Shown one piece after another: positions 10,041 through 19,232 of a DNA stretch of 64,000 bases; positions within the stretch are counted from its first letter, which is position 1, and each line of letters opens with the position of its first letter. The translations under genes were made by a program, and so were the position numbers. The notes under the pieces are model-generated. The model saw nothing but the letters and a program-made list of their open reading frames with translations. It was not told the origin of the DNA and searched no databases. Location: positions 1 through 64,000 of the forward strand of contig CAWAPJ010000028.1 in the NCBI GenBank assembly GCA_963783885.1, written 5' to 3'. Origin of the DNA: Waddliaceae bacterium. GTDB lineage: Bacteria; Chlamydiota; Chlamydiia; Chlamydiales; SLFE01.

Positions 10041-10779
10041 AATCCCTTGCCAAGTCGCTCCAGGCAGTAGATAGTGTGCTCGTGTAAGCTCTAGCTGAGC
10101 TCACTATTGCATAAAAATGAAACGCTATAGGCTAGAATTGTATTGTACAGAATACTTTTATCAAAAAGCCTTGTTCAGTGCAGACCTTAAAAGTTCTAGG
10201 AAAAAGATTTGTTATACAGCTAAACGTCGTTTCGACAATTTGTCGCTTGCTACTGATTTCCCTCTCTTCAATAGGTGTTCGGACCCGTTTTTTCGCTCTG
10301 CATCCCCGTTTTGCAAGCAATGTAATTTGTTCTTCATGCAAGATGTCCTCTAGATCAAAACAATTATAGGCGCCATCTGCTTAAGAGTTTAGAATCTGGC
10401 GGTATGTCCAACTCCATCTCCCAGAGTACCTTTACATCACTTACTGCTCCTGGCATGAAAAGAACTTCAACCGGCTCGCCTTCACTCGTCACAATCATAT
10501 GAACTTTTATGCCACAAAAGTAACGCTTTTTAGAAGCTGCGTAACCTAAATACCTTCGCTCTAGAAAGATCTTCCGTTTATCGATTCTATTTTTCTGGCA
10601 GCAAGAAACTGGAAAGCTATCTATAGCAAAACCTTGATCTTTATTTATTTGTTTAAAAAATAGAGCTAAAAAACGGAAAATAGCGTTCCAACAAGTCCAG
10701 GGAATTTTATGGACCAGAAGTTGCGTGAAGATCGAAGTAAACATAGTGATGTTAGTGAGATCGAACGCCTAGTCAGGGT
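10041..10779 (-). mobile_element. Degraded IS982-family element (frameshifted transposase fragments 10132-10341, 10364-10744)
   Basis: AIDSFPV, GYAASKKRYFCGIKVHM, KRQIVETTFS motifs; ACCCTGA-type end at 10779; near-identical to 22660-22995 on the opposite strand. Confidence 0.8.
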
Positions 10780-10815
10780 AGAATAGATCACTTAATTTTT
10801 CTTATAGACTAGACA

Positions 10816-11868
10816 CTAGTGTCTTGTCGCAAAAGCTTTTTCCCTATCCCATTTGCGCCAGTTTTTGAAAATTATTTCCACTTTTTTCCAAGTTGCTTTG
10901 ACACTGCGCCCTTCTGAATACAAGAGTAAAAACAAATCTGCGCGGAAAGCCAGCTTGGCCGCAGAAGACCAGGCGCAATGCCCCCCTTTTTGCCGTTTAG
11001 TTTTTAAACTCATAGAACGTTGATAAATCAACTGAAGTTTTCTGTTGATACCTCTTTTGAAAAAATCTTTACTCTGATATTGGTCGCGCAATTTTTGTTC
11101 ATTTTTTGTACAAGGAGCGCGATAAACTGAGAGCAGTCCCTGAAACATTTTTTTTGTCAGTTTTTTCGGTTTGCCGATCTTATAAACCTGCAAAGACTTC
11201 TTTTCCCGGCCGGCTCCTTTATTTCCTTTAATCAGAAAGCTTCTTTTCTTCAAAACAATTGCCGTCGCGTGATCCGACCAGCCGGTAGGTATATTGACCA
11301 GCTCTCCCCGGTTGTAGCGCCGGTATAATTCTTCTGCAGAGACATTAACATCGCATATTTTGAATGCCTCGATAATTGCTTGGCGCTTGGGGCGATCCAG
11401 GTCCACTTTGTAGAGGGAAAAAAATTGTTCAATCGACTCCCCAATCTCGGGGAACGTAACGTCTGTAAGCAAACCGGAGTATTGATACACGCGGCTCTTT
11501 ACAACAAACACTCCTTCAAGGGATAAACGGTGTCCATATAGTTTTTCCCTTAATATTTCATCCGCGACATTATCAAAGGCCTTGTTAATATATTCCGCAT
11601 AGCCATATTCTTTTCGCTGTTTGAATCCATGATACAAATAGATAAGCCATGGCGACCCGGCCGCATCCCCTTTGCAAGGGACTTTTTCATCGATAAGCCA
11701 TTTTGCAATGGTATAATCGGCCTCGCCATTGGCGACATGCCAAAGCAAAGACCTCCCCTTGGCATCGCAAACCTTGGGATCCAATCCCTGCTTGATCAAT
11801 TTTTTGACACGATCCCAATTGCCTTTAGAGGCAGCTAGATAAAGATGCTTTATATTTTGATCCATCAT
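10816..11868 (-). CDS. Ankyrin-repeat protein with C-terminal His/Cys peptidase-like domain
   Basis: N-terminal ankyrin motifs (LYLAASKGNWDRVKKLIKQG; DAKGRSLLWHVA) followed by TGWSDHATA and QKGGHCAWSS. Confidence 0.7.
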   Translation of the reverse strand: MMDQNIKHLYLAASKGNWDRVKKLIKQGLDPKVCDAKGRSLLWHVANGEADYTIAKWLIDEKVPCKGDAAGSPWLIYLYHGFKQRKEYGYAEYINKAFDNVADEILREKLYGHRLSLEGVFVVKSRVYQYSGLLTDVTFPEIGESIEQFFSLYKVDLDRPKRQAIIEAFKICDVNVSAEELYRRYNRGELVNIPTGWSDHATAIVLKKRSFLIKGNKGAGREKKSLQVYKIGKPKKLTKKMFQGLLSVYRAPCTKNEQKLRDQYQSKDFFKRGINRKLQLIYQRSMSLKTKRQKGGHCAWSSAAKLAFRADLFLLLYSEGRSVKATWKKVEIIFKNWRKWDREKAFATRH

Positions 11869-11923
11869 TTATAATCTAATGTATATTATTGAGATTAATC
11901 TTGAAATATTGAAAATGATAATT

Positions 11924-14581
11924 ATGAAATTAGTTTATTTTTTTGATGAAGGCGATGGAAAGAACAAGAAATTGTTCGGCGGCAAGGGGGCAGGACTTGC
12001 CGAAATGACCCAATTAGACCTTCCCGTGCCTCCCGGATTCATTATTACCACGGAAGTGTGCAACGACTATTATGCAAAGGATAGGCAGCTTCCCAGAAAT
12101 CTCATGCCGGAAGTAAAAAGAAATCTCGCAAAAATCGAAACCAATACTGGGAAGGCATTCGGCTGCGAGAACAATCCACTACTCGTATCAGTCAGGTCCG
12201 GGGCCGCAGTCTCCATGCCGGGGATGATGGACACAATCCTTAATTTGGGGCTGAATGACAAAACTGTGCTTGGTTTAGCAAATACCAGCAAAAACCCCAG
12301 GTTCGCCTGGGATTCCTATCGCAGATTTATCCACATGTTCGGAAAAATTGTTTTCGGAATTGAAGACAGCCGGTTTGACGATGTCTTGGAAAAGGCGAAA
12401 CAAATGCATCGCGTACAGCAGGATATTGAGCTTGGCGAAGGTGCCCTGCAAAAGCTGGTCAAAAAGTACAAAGAAATCTGCATGCAGCTAAGCGGCAGGG
12501 AGTTCCCGAACGACCCTTATGAACAGCTCGAACTTGCCATAGAGGCCGTTTTTAAAAGCTGGATGGGAGAAAGAGCTGTTGTCTATAGAGACAGGTACAA
12601 GATTACCAAAGATATTGCGGATGGAACTGCAGTCTCAGTCGTTGCCATGGTTTTTGGAAACATGGGAAACGACAGCGCGACAGGAGTTGTCTTTACGCGC
12701 GATCCAGCCGATGGGTCAAAAAAACTTTTTGGCGAGTATCTTCTTAATGCCCAAGGAGAAGATGTCGTTGCAGGCATTAGAACTCCCCGCCCTATCGATC
12801 AATTGGCAAACGATATGCCCGCAGTTCACAAACAGCTTGAATCTGTCTGTGAAAAACTGGAAAAGCATTACAAAGAGCCTCAGGATATAGAATTTACGGT
12901 AGAAAGGGGGAAATTCTATCTGCTGCAAACCCGCGGGGCCAAAATGAACGCCGCGAGCATGGTCAGGACCTCGGTGGATATGGTCCGGGAAAAACTCATC
13001 ACAAAAGAAAATGCCATTTTGCGTCTAAGACCAAAAGATTTAGATCAACTTCTCCACAAAACAATTGACAAAGAGGCGGAAAGCCAATTTGAACCCATCG
13101 CTCAAGGGATACCGGCCTCGCCGGGAGCCGCAACGGGAATCGTTGTCTTTGATGTAAAAAAAGCCCTCGAAATTGGTGAAAAAGGAACTAAGGTCATTCT
13201 TGTAAGAGAAGAGACAAGGCCCGAAGATGTCCCCGCCTTTTTTACCTCGGTCGGAATCCTGACAAGCAGAGGGGGAAAGACATCTCATGCGGCCGTTGTC
13301 GCAAGGGGGATGGGCAAAGCGTGCGTTGTTGGCTGCGGCAATATTAAAATAGATCACAAAACAAAACAGTTTTTTGTGGGCGACAACGCAGTGCATGAGG
13401 GAGAATTTATCACGATTGAAGGAAGCACGGGTAAAGTTTATCAAGGCGAGCTGCCCACAGTGGAGCCACAAATAACAGACAATTTTAGAACAATACTGAA
13501 ATGGGCTGAGGACTTCAAAAAACTCGGTATTCGAGCCAATGCCGATGATCCGGAATCGGCGAGCCTTGCCAGGTCCTATGGAGCCAAAGGGATTGGACTT
13601 TGCAGAACTGAAAGAATGTTCAATGCGGCAGACAGACTTCCCGTCTTTGTCAGAATGATTCTTGCTGAAACGGACGATGAAAGGCAAGAAGCTCTTGAAA
13701 AATTGCTTCCGCTGCAAAAACAGGATTTCAAGGATATCCTTATGGTCATGGAAGGATACGATGTCACGATAAGGCTGCTCGACCCCCCTCTTCATGAATT
13801 TCTCCCGAATTGGGAACAACTCTTATACAAGATCCATAATTTGGAAAAAAAGCCCTCTTCATCCGAAGAACTTGCCAAGGCAAAACAACTATTTGATAGA
13901 GTCAGAGATCTTAGCGAGGTGAATCCCATGATGGGCCTTCGCGGAGTAAGAGTCGGTATTACACTGCCTGAGATCTATGAGATGCAAATTAAAGCTGTTT
14001 GCGAAGCGGCAGCGGAACTGATTCAAGAAAATATCAATATTCATCCGCAAATCATGATTCCCCAAGTCGGAAGCTTGAGCGAACTCAATTACGTCAAAAG
14101 GATCTATGATAAAGTCAAAGCCGAAGTAGAGTCTGCCCATGACGTGAAACTCAAGATAAATTTTGGAACGATGATGGAAGTCGTCCGGGCTTGTTTGACA
14201 GCAGGCGAGCTGGCTGAAACGGCTGAGTTCTTCAGCTTTGGAACAAATGACCTGACTCAGGCAGTCTTTAGCTTCAGCCGGGAAGACGCAGAGGGGAAAT
14301 TCATTCCCGAATATCTCGAAAAAGAAATCATGTCGGAAAATCCTTTTCAATCTCTTGATATTAACGGAGTTGGGAGACTCATGGAGTTTGCCGTTGAAAA
14401 AGGGCGAAGAGTCAGCCCAAAACTGGAGATTGGCATATGCGGCGAGCATGGAGGCGATCCCGCCTCCGTCAGATTCTGCCACAAGAGAGGATTGACCTAT
14501 GTCAGCACATCCCCTCACAGGATTCCCTTGGCTATTCTCGCAGCAGCGCAAGCGTCGCTTGAAAAAGATCTTAGATCTTAA
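11924..14581 (+). CDS. ppdK: Pyruvate, phosphate dikinase
   Basis: GGKGAGLAEM, LLVSVRSGA, GGKTSHAAVVAR, GIGLCRTE, FSFGTNDLTQ, GICGEHGGDP; likely start MKLVYFF. Confidence 0.95.
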   Translation: MKLVYFFDEGDGKNKKLFGGKGAGLAEMTQLDLPVPPGFIITTEVCNDYYAKDRQLPRNLMPEVKRNLAKIETNTGKAFGCENNPLLVSVRSGAAVSMPGMMDTILNLGLNDKTVLGLANTSKNPRFAWDSYRRFIHMFGKIVFGIEDSRFDDVLEKAKQMHRVQQDIELGEGALQKLVKKYKEICMQLSGREFPNDPYEQLELAIEAVFKSWMGERAVVYRDRYKITKDIADGTAVSVVAMVFGNMGNDSATGVVFTRDPADGSKKLFGEYLLNAQGEDVVAGIRTPRPIDQLANDMPAVHKQLESVCEKLEKHYKEPQDIEFTVERGKFYLLQTRGAKMNAASMVRTSVDMVREKLITKENAILRLRPKDLDQLLHKTIDKEAESQFEPIAQGIPASPGAATGIVVFDVKKALEIGEKGTKVILVREETRPEDVPAFFTSVGILTSRGGKTSHAAVVARGMGKACVVGCGNIKIDHKTKQFFVGDNAVHEGEFITIEGSTGKVYQGELPTVEPQITDNFRTILKWAEDFKKLGIRANADDPESASLARSYGAKGIGLCRTERMFNAADRLPVFVRMILAETDDERQEALEKLLPLQKQDFKDILMVMEGYDVTIRLLDPPLHEFLPNWEQLLYKIHNLEKKPSSSEELAKAKQLFDRVRDLSEVNPMMGLRGVRVGITLPEIYEMQIKAVCEAAAELIQENINIHPQIMIPQVGSLSELNYVKRIYDKVKAEVESAHDVKLKINFGTMMEVVRACLTAGELAETAEFFSFGTNDLTQAVFSFSREDAEGKFIPEYLEKEIMSENPFQSLDINGVGRLMEFAVEKGRRVSPKLEIGICGEHGGDPASVRFCHKRGLTYVSTSPHRIPLAILAAAQASLEKDLRS

Positions 14582-15092
14582 TCATGCCTGGCTCTTTACC
14601 CCCGCCTTCTTCTTTCGGGCGCTGAGCAGCTTTTCGCTTCTCTTCTTCAGATTCCTCTCTTGATCTGTCATAGCGGCCTTCAGTGATGTCGCCGCAAATT
14701 TTTCGCCACTTTTCGACAGTTTCTACATATAGGGGGGCAAATGCGCGAAGCGCTGAGGGCAAAGCGTGTTCCATGTCAAGCGTGCAGTGGATCAAAATCA
14801 ACTCTTCGTTGACAGCCACTCCACAGCCGCCTCCAGCCATCTGACCGCCAAGCATTGACCCTTCAAGCAATCTCTCATAGAGCTGCAATCTTGTTTTGTC
14901 ATCACTCGGGAGTCCATCGAGAAGAGGGGAGTAGAGATACATGCGCTTGGAATTCGGCTCGTAGGTAATGTGTAGAGAAAACTCATCATCAATTCCTAGA
15001 ATACAAGTATTATTTTCATCAAATTCCAAACCTTCGAGTCCTAATTCCTTTCCAAACTCTTTCAGGTTTTCCTTAGCATTTTCTAAAGACAT
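14571..15092 (-). CDS. slc1: Type III secretion chaperone, CesT/SycE class (Slc1/CT043-like)
   Basis: FDENNTCIL..EFSLHITYE..LYSPLLDGLP..LLEGSMLGGQMAGGG; adjacent to glgX as in Chlamydia. Confidence 0.85.
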   Translation of the reverse strand: MSLENAKENLKEFGKELGLEGLEFDENNTCILGIDDEFSLHITYEPNSKRMYLYSPLLDGLPSDDKTRLQLYERLLEGSMLGGQMAGGGCGVAVNEELILIHCTLDMEHALPSALRAFAPLYVETVEKWRKICGDITEGRYDRSREESEEEKRKAAQRPKEEGGGKEPGMIKI

Positions 15093-15257
15093 TCAAGCCT
15101 CCTGAATCTATCCATAAAATATTTACTCACATAGCTTAAAGTTTGCGCCTATCAGGAATAAATGGCAAGCTTAAAACCAATAATAAAAGCAAACTCCTTA
15201 TTTTCTCTTCATTATATTGGTTTTGCATATTATGTCGCAATTGATTATGGAAAAGAT

Positions 15258-17291
15258 ATGCCTGTATCGCAAGCCCTTAACGTCAAAAGGGGACGCCCCG
15301 CGCCTCTGGGGCCCATTATCTTGGATGGAGGAGTCAATTTTTCCCTCTATACCAAAGAAGCTGCTTCTATCTCCTTAAACCTCTTTGAATTCAATTCAAA
15401 CGATAATTTGGTGCAGCCCATGGCCTCGATAGCCCTGGATCCCCAAAAAAACAGAACAGGAAACGCCTGGCATGTCTTTGTCGAAAATCTTCCCGACAAA
15501 GTTTTGTACGGATATGTCATTGACAATAGCGATTTGCTTTTAGATCCTTATGCTCCGGAGATCTGGAGTGGGGCCGATTGGGGCCGGCCGAACACCCTTT
15601 TTCAGGAACAAAAGCGTTTTTACTCGCCGCTTGGACTCATAAACCTCTCATCTTCATTCGACTGGGAAGATGATGTCAATCCGGAGATCCCGCTGAGGGA
15701 TCTTGTTATCTATGAACTCCATGTCAGAGGTTTTACCGCCCACAGCGGGTCGGCTACCCGCTATCCGGGAACTTATTCGGCCCTTGTTGAAAAAATCCCC
15801 TATCTCAAGAACCTGGGAATTAATGCCGTAGAACTTATGCCCATCTTTGAGTTCAATGAGCTGTCCTATTGCCGTTCATGGATCCAATCAAGGAACACCC
15901 TGCTCAACTATTGGGGCTACTCTCCGGTCTCTTTTTTCGCGCCTATGAACCGATTTTCCGCCTCGCGCGAGCCCGGAGGGGCAAGCGAAGAATTGAAAAC
16001 ACTGGTAAAAGAGCTGCATAAAAACGGCATAGAAGTCCTGCTGGATGTCGTCTACAACCATACAGGAGAAAGCAAAGAATCTGCTTATTCCTACAGAGGC
16101 TTGGGCCGTCAATCCTATTACATGATCAACGGAGAAAACCACGATCAAAATTTTACTGGATGCGGCCACACCTTTAACAGCAATCATCCCATCGCACGGG
16201 AGTTGATTATTTCTTCCCTGAGGCAATGGGTCTCGGAATACCATGTAGACGGATTCCGATTCGATCTGGCATCGGCTTTGACACGCAATACCAATGGAGA
16301 GCCGATGGATCAGCCTCCCCTCATTCAGTCGGCCAATGCCGATCCTATTTTAAGCAAAGTAAAACTGATAGCCGAGCCGTGGGATGCAGCGGGGCTATAC
16401 CATGTGGGAAATTTCCCGTTTCATGAAGGAAGATGGGCCGAATGGAATGGGAAATATCGAGATGATATCAGGGACTTCATCAAAGGAACCGAAAGAAAAA
16501 AAGAAGCATTTGCCTCGAGAATTTGCGGTTCGGAAGATCTCTATCACTTTCAAAGGTTTCCTGCAAGCAGCATCAATTTCGTGACCTGCCACGATGGATT
16601 CACCCTCTGCGATCTTGTCAGTTATAACAATAAGCACAATGAAGCCAACGGGGAGGATAATCGAGATGGGTCGGACGACAATCGCAGCTGGAACTGCGGC
16701 CATGAAGGGAAAACAAAAATTTCTTCAGTGTTGAAATTGCGGGAAAGGCAGATGAAAAATTTTATAGCCGCCCTGATGCTTTCCCAGGGAGTCCCTATGA
16801 TCAGAATGGGCGACGAATATGGCCACACTCAAGAGGGCAACAATAATACTTGGTGCCAGGACAATCACTTGAGCTGGTTCAACTGGCACCATGCGGATAT
16901 GACTAAGCCTTTTACTTGCTTTTTTAAGTCCTTAATCAATTTTAGGCGCCAGAACAAACTCCTTAGGCAATCGCATTTTTTGAGTCCCAAAGATATTAGA
17001 TGGCACGGAACTAAACCCCTCTCTCCGATCTGGAACAATGACGACCGCTTTGTCGCCTGGACTTTAATCGACCCGGACAATGAAGAAAATCTTTATATCG
17101 CTTTCAACGCCTCTTACAGAAGAAAAAAGTTAATCATCCCTAAGCCCCCAGAAAACAAACTCTGGTACAAAATCATCGATACCTTTCAAAGCTCTCCGGA
17201 TGATTTTATCCCTGAAGAAGCGGCTGAACCTTTTAAGGAGTGGGAACATCCGATCATGCCCTACTCGATGCTTCTTTTTAAAGCAAAATAA
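15258..17291 (+). CDS. glgX: Glycogen debranching enzyme / isoamylase (GH13)
   Basis: YELHVRGFT, NYWGYS, DVVYNHT, DGFRFDLAS, IAEPWD, FVTCHDGFTL; start uncertain (15162 or 15258). Confidence 0.95.
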   Translation: MPVSQALNVKRGRPAPLGPIILDGGVNFSLYTKEAASISLNLFEFNSNDNLVQPMASIALDPQKNRTGNAWHVFVENLPDKVLYGYVIDNSDLLLDPYAPEIWSGADWGRPNTLFQEQKRFYSPLGLINLSSSFDWEDDVNPEIPLRDLVIYELHVRGFTAHSGSATRYPGTYSALVEKIPYLKNLGINAVELMPIFEFNELSYCRSWIQSRNTLLNYWGYSPVSFFAPMNRFSASREPGGASEELKTLVKELHKNGIEVLLDVVYNHTGESKESAYSYRGLGRQSYYMINGENHDQNFTGCGHTFNSNHPIARELIISSLRQWVSEYHVDGFRFDLASALTRNTNGEPMDQPPLIQSANADPILSKVKLIAEPWDAAGLYHVGNFPFHEGRWAEWNGKYRDDIRDFIKGTERKKEAFASRICGSEDLYHFQRFPASSINFVTCHDGFTLCDLVSYNNKHNEANGEDNRDGSDDNRSWNCGHEGKTKISSVLKLRERQMKNFIAALMLSQGVPMIRMGDEYGHTQEGNNNTWCQDNHLSWFNWHHADMTKPFTCFFKSLINFRRQNKLLRQSHFLSPKDIRWHGTKPLSPIWNNDDRFVAWTLIDPDNEENLYIAFNASYRRKKLIIPKPPENKLWYKIIDTFQSSPDDFIPEEAAEPFKEWEHPIMPYSMLLFKAK

Positions 17292-17346
17292 AAAATGCTG
17301 AGTTCCAGATTTGAACCCAGCACTTAAGAATACACAAGAATCCGCT

Positions 17347-17670
17347 CTATTTGTAGGATTGTATAGGCTTCTCTATACAGTCTTTCATTTTCTTGCCGGA
17401 TGTGAACTTAACAGCATTACGCGGAGGAATCTTGATTGGTACTTCAGGATTCTTCGGATTTCTGCCGATTTTTTCCTTTCTTTCTACGACTTCAAAAACT
17501 CCAAAATCGCGAAACTCCAGACGATCGCCTTCTGCTAAGCACTCGGTGATCTTGTCAAGAAATGCTTGAATGACAGCCCGAACTTCGTTCGGGTGCATCT
17601 TCTTTTCCTGCGATATCATGTTAACGAGTTTTTTCTTGGTCATTGTTTTTTTCTTAGTCAAAGTTGTCAT
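17347..17670 (-). CDS. ihfA: Integration host factor / HU family DNA-binding protein
   Basis: LEFRDFGVFEV..KIGRNPKN..IPPRNAVKFTSGK. Confidence 0.85.
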   Translation of the reverse strand: MTTLTKKKTMTKKKLVNMISQEKKMHPNEVRAVIQAFLDKITECLAEGDRLEFRDFGVFEVVERKEKIGRNPKNPEVPIKIPPRNAVKFTSGKKMKDCIEKPIQSYK

Positions 17671-17954
17671 GATCCAGAAACTCCTAGGTTAAAGATAATT
17701 CTTTTTAATACCTTGCACCCTTCCTCTTAAGGAATTCTTCGAAGGTATTGTTGTTTTATAAACTGACATTGTCATATCTTACTCATTTTCAAGCAAGTAT
17801 TTCTTTATAAAGGCCCGTTCACTCAAACTCGACTGTCTTGCTTGAAGTGAGAGTGAGTCAACTCTCTAATTTGCACATAATAATGAATTTAGTTTTCGAT
17901 TCAAGAATATTTTTTAAAATGTAACAACTTCTTTGGCCCTGCCCCTGAAAACCC

Positions 17955-19226
17955 TTAGCTAGCCCGAATCAACATTTTGTTTTTCTTACCCAAAGCCAGC
18001 AGTATTAATTGCCCCTCGATCAAGTCCTCGGCTCCTATAACCCTCTGTTCGCTCTCAACCCTGCGGTTATTGAGATAGACCCCGCCATTTCGAATTAAAC
18101 GACGCACCTCGCCCTTGCTGGGTCGGATTTGGAGGTCGAAGACCAGGTCCACAAGAGCCTTTCCAACGATAAAGTCTTTATCGGCCGTGTAGCTCGGCAT
18201 ATCCCGTGCTATGGCTTCAAGAACTTCTCGGTCAAGAACCGTATCAGAGCCCGGAGCCGCGCCGGCGGTGACTTTTTGGGCAATCAGCAGACCCTCGCTG
18301 CCATGAACAATGCTTGTCACTTCTTCGGCAAGCCTTTTTTGAGCGGCATTGGCAGAATAATTTGGCAGCGTCATGGAAGTTTCATACTCACCGATTTCTT
18401 CAAGATCCATAAATGTGAGCATTTTCATCAATTTAATAACATCGGCATCGGGAATTCGGAAGAGATACTGATAAAATTCAAATGGCGACAATTTTTCCGC
18501 CGAAAGCCAGATAGCCCCTTTTTCGCTCTTTCCGAATTTTTTACCGTCGCTTCTCGTTAGAAGCGGGAAAGTGGCGCCGAAGGCCGTTTCTCCTGCGAGG
18601 CGTCTGATCAAATCAATGCCTGCAGTAATATTTCCCCACTGATCGGAACCTCCCAGCTGAATAGAAACATCGTAGTTTTCAAATAGATGGTAGAAGTCAT
18701 AGGCCTGCAACAGCTGATAGGTAAATTCTGTAAAACTCATCCCTTCTTCGGATTCAAGACGGTTTTTTACAGATTCTTTCGAAAGCATAGGCCCCATGCG
18801 GAACTGCTTCCCTATATCCCTTAAAAAAGGCAAAACATTAAATTTTTTAAACCAGTCGTAATTATTAATGACTAAGGGAAGGGGCTTCGATCCGTCAAAA
18901 CAAAGGATCGACTTGAGATTTCTTTTAATCCCCTCTAGGTTCTTTTCGATTGTTTTTTCATCGAGAAGCGGGCGTTCATGGCTCTTTCCCGAAGGATCGC
19001 CGATAAGCCCTGTCGCGCCGCCGATAATCGCAACCGGAGTATGGCCGTATCTCTGAAACCAGGCAAGCCCCATAATCGCCACCAAATTTCCGACATGCAG
19101 CGAATCCGAGGTCGGGTCAAAACCACAGTAGACTTTTTGAGGGGTTTCAAGGAAATTTTCCAGTTCGTCATGAGTTGTCGCCTCAATAAATCCCCGTTTT
19201 TTTAATTCACTAATGACATTAGCCAT
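17955..19226 (-). CDS. tyrS: Tyrosine--tRNA ligase
   Basis: YCGFDPTSDSLHVGN, QLGGSDQWGNI, KFGKS, C-terminal S4 domain. Confidence 0.95.
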   Translation of the reverse strand: MANVISELKKRGFIEATTHDELENFLETPQKVYCGFDPTSDSLHVGNLVAIMGLAWFQRYGHTPVAIIGGATGLIGDPSGKSHERPLLDEKTIEKNLEGIKRNLKSILCFDGSKPLPLVINNYDWFKKFNVLPFLRDIGKQFRMGPMLSKESVKNRLESEEGMSFTEFTYQLLQAYDFYHLFENYDVSIQLGGSDQWGNITAGIDLIRRLAGETAFGATFPLLTRSDGKKFGKSEKGAIWLSAEKLSPFEFYQYLFRIPDADVIKLMKMLTFMDLEEIGEYETSMTLPNYSANAAQKRLAEEVTSIVHGSEGLLIAQKVTAGAAPGSDTVLDREVLEAIARDMPSYTADKDFIVGKALVDLVFDLQIRPSKGEVRRLIRNGGVYLNNRRVESEQRVIGAEDLIEGQLILLALGKKNKMLIRAS

Positions 19227-19232
19227 GTTTTT

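Noticed and set aside
13040-14551. Long antisense ORFs within ppdK (similar ones lie opposite lysS, glyQS and pepA)
   Set aside because: Antisense shadows of conserved housekeeping genes with no motifs.
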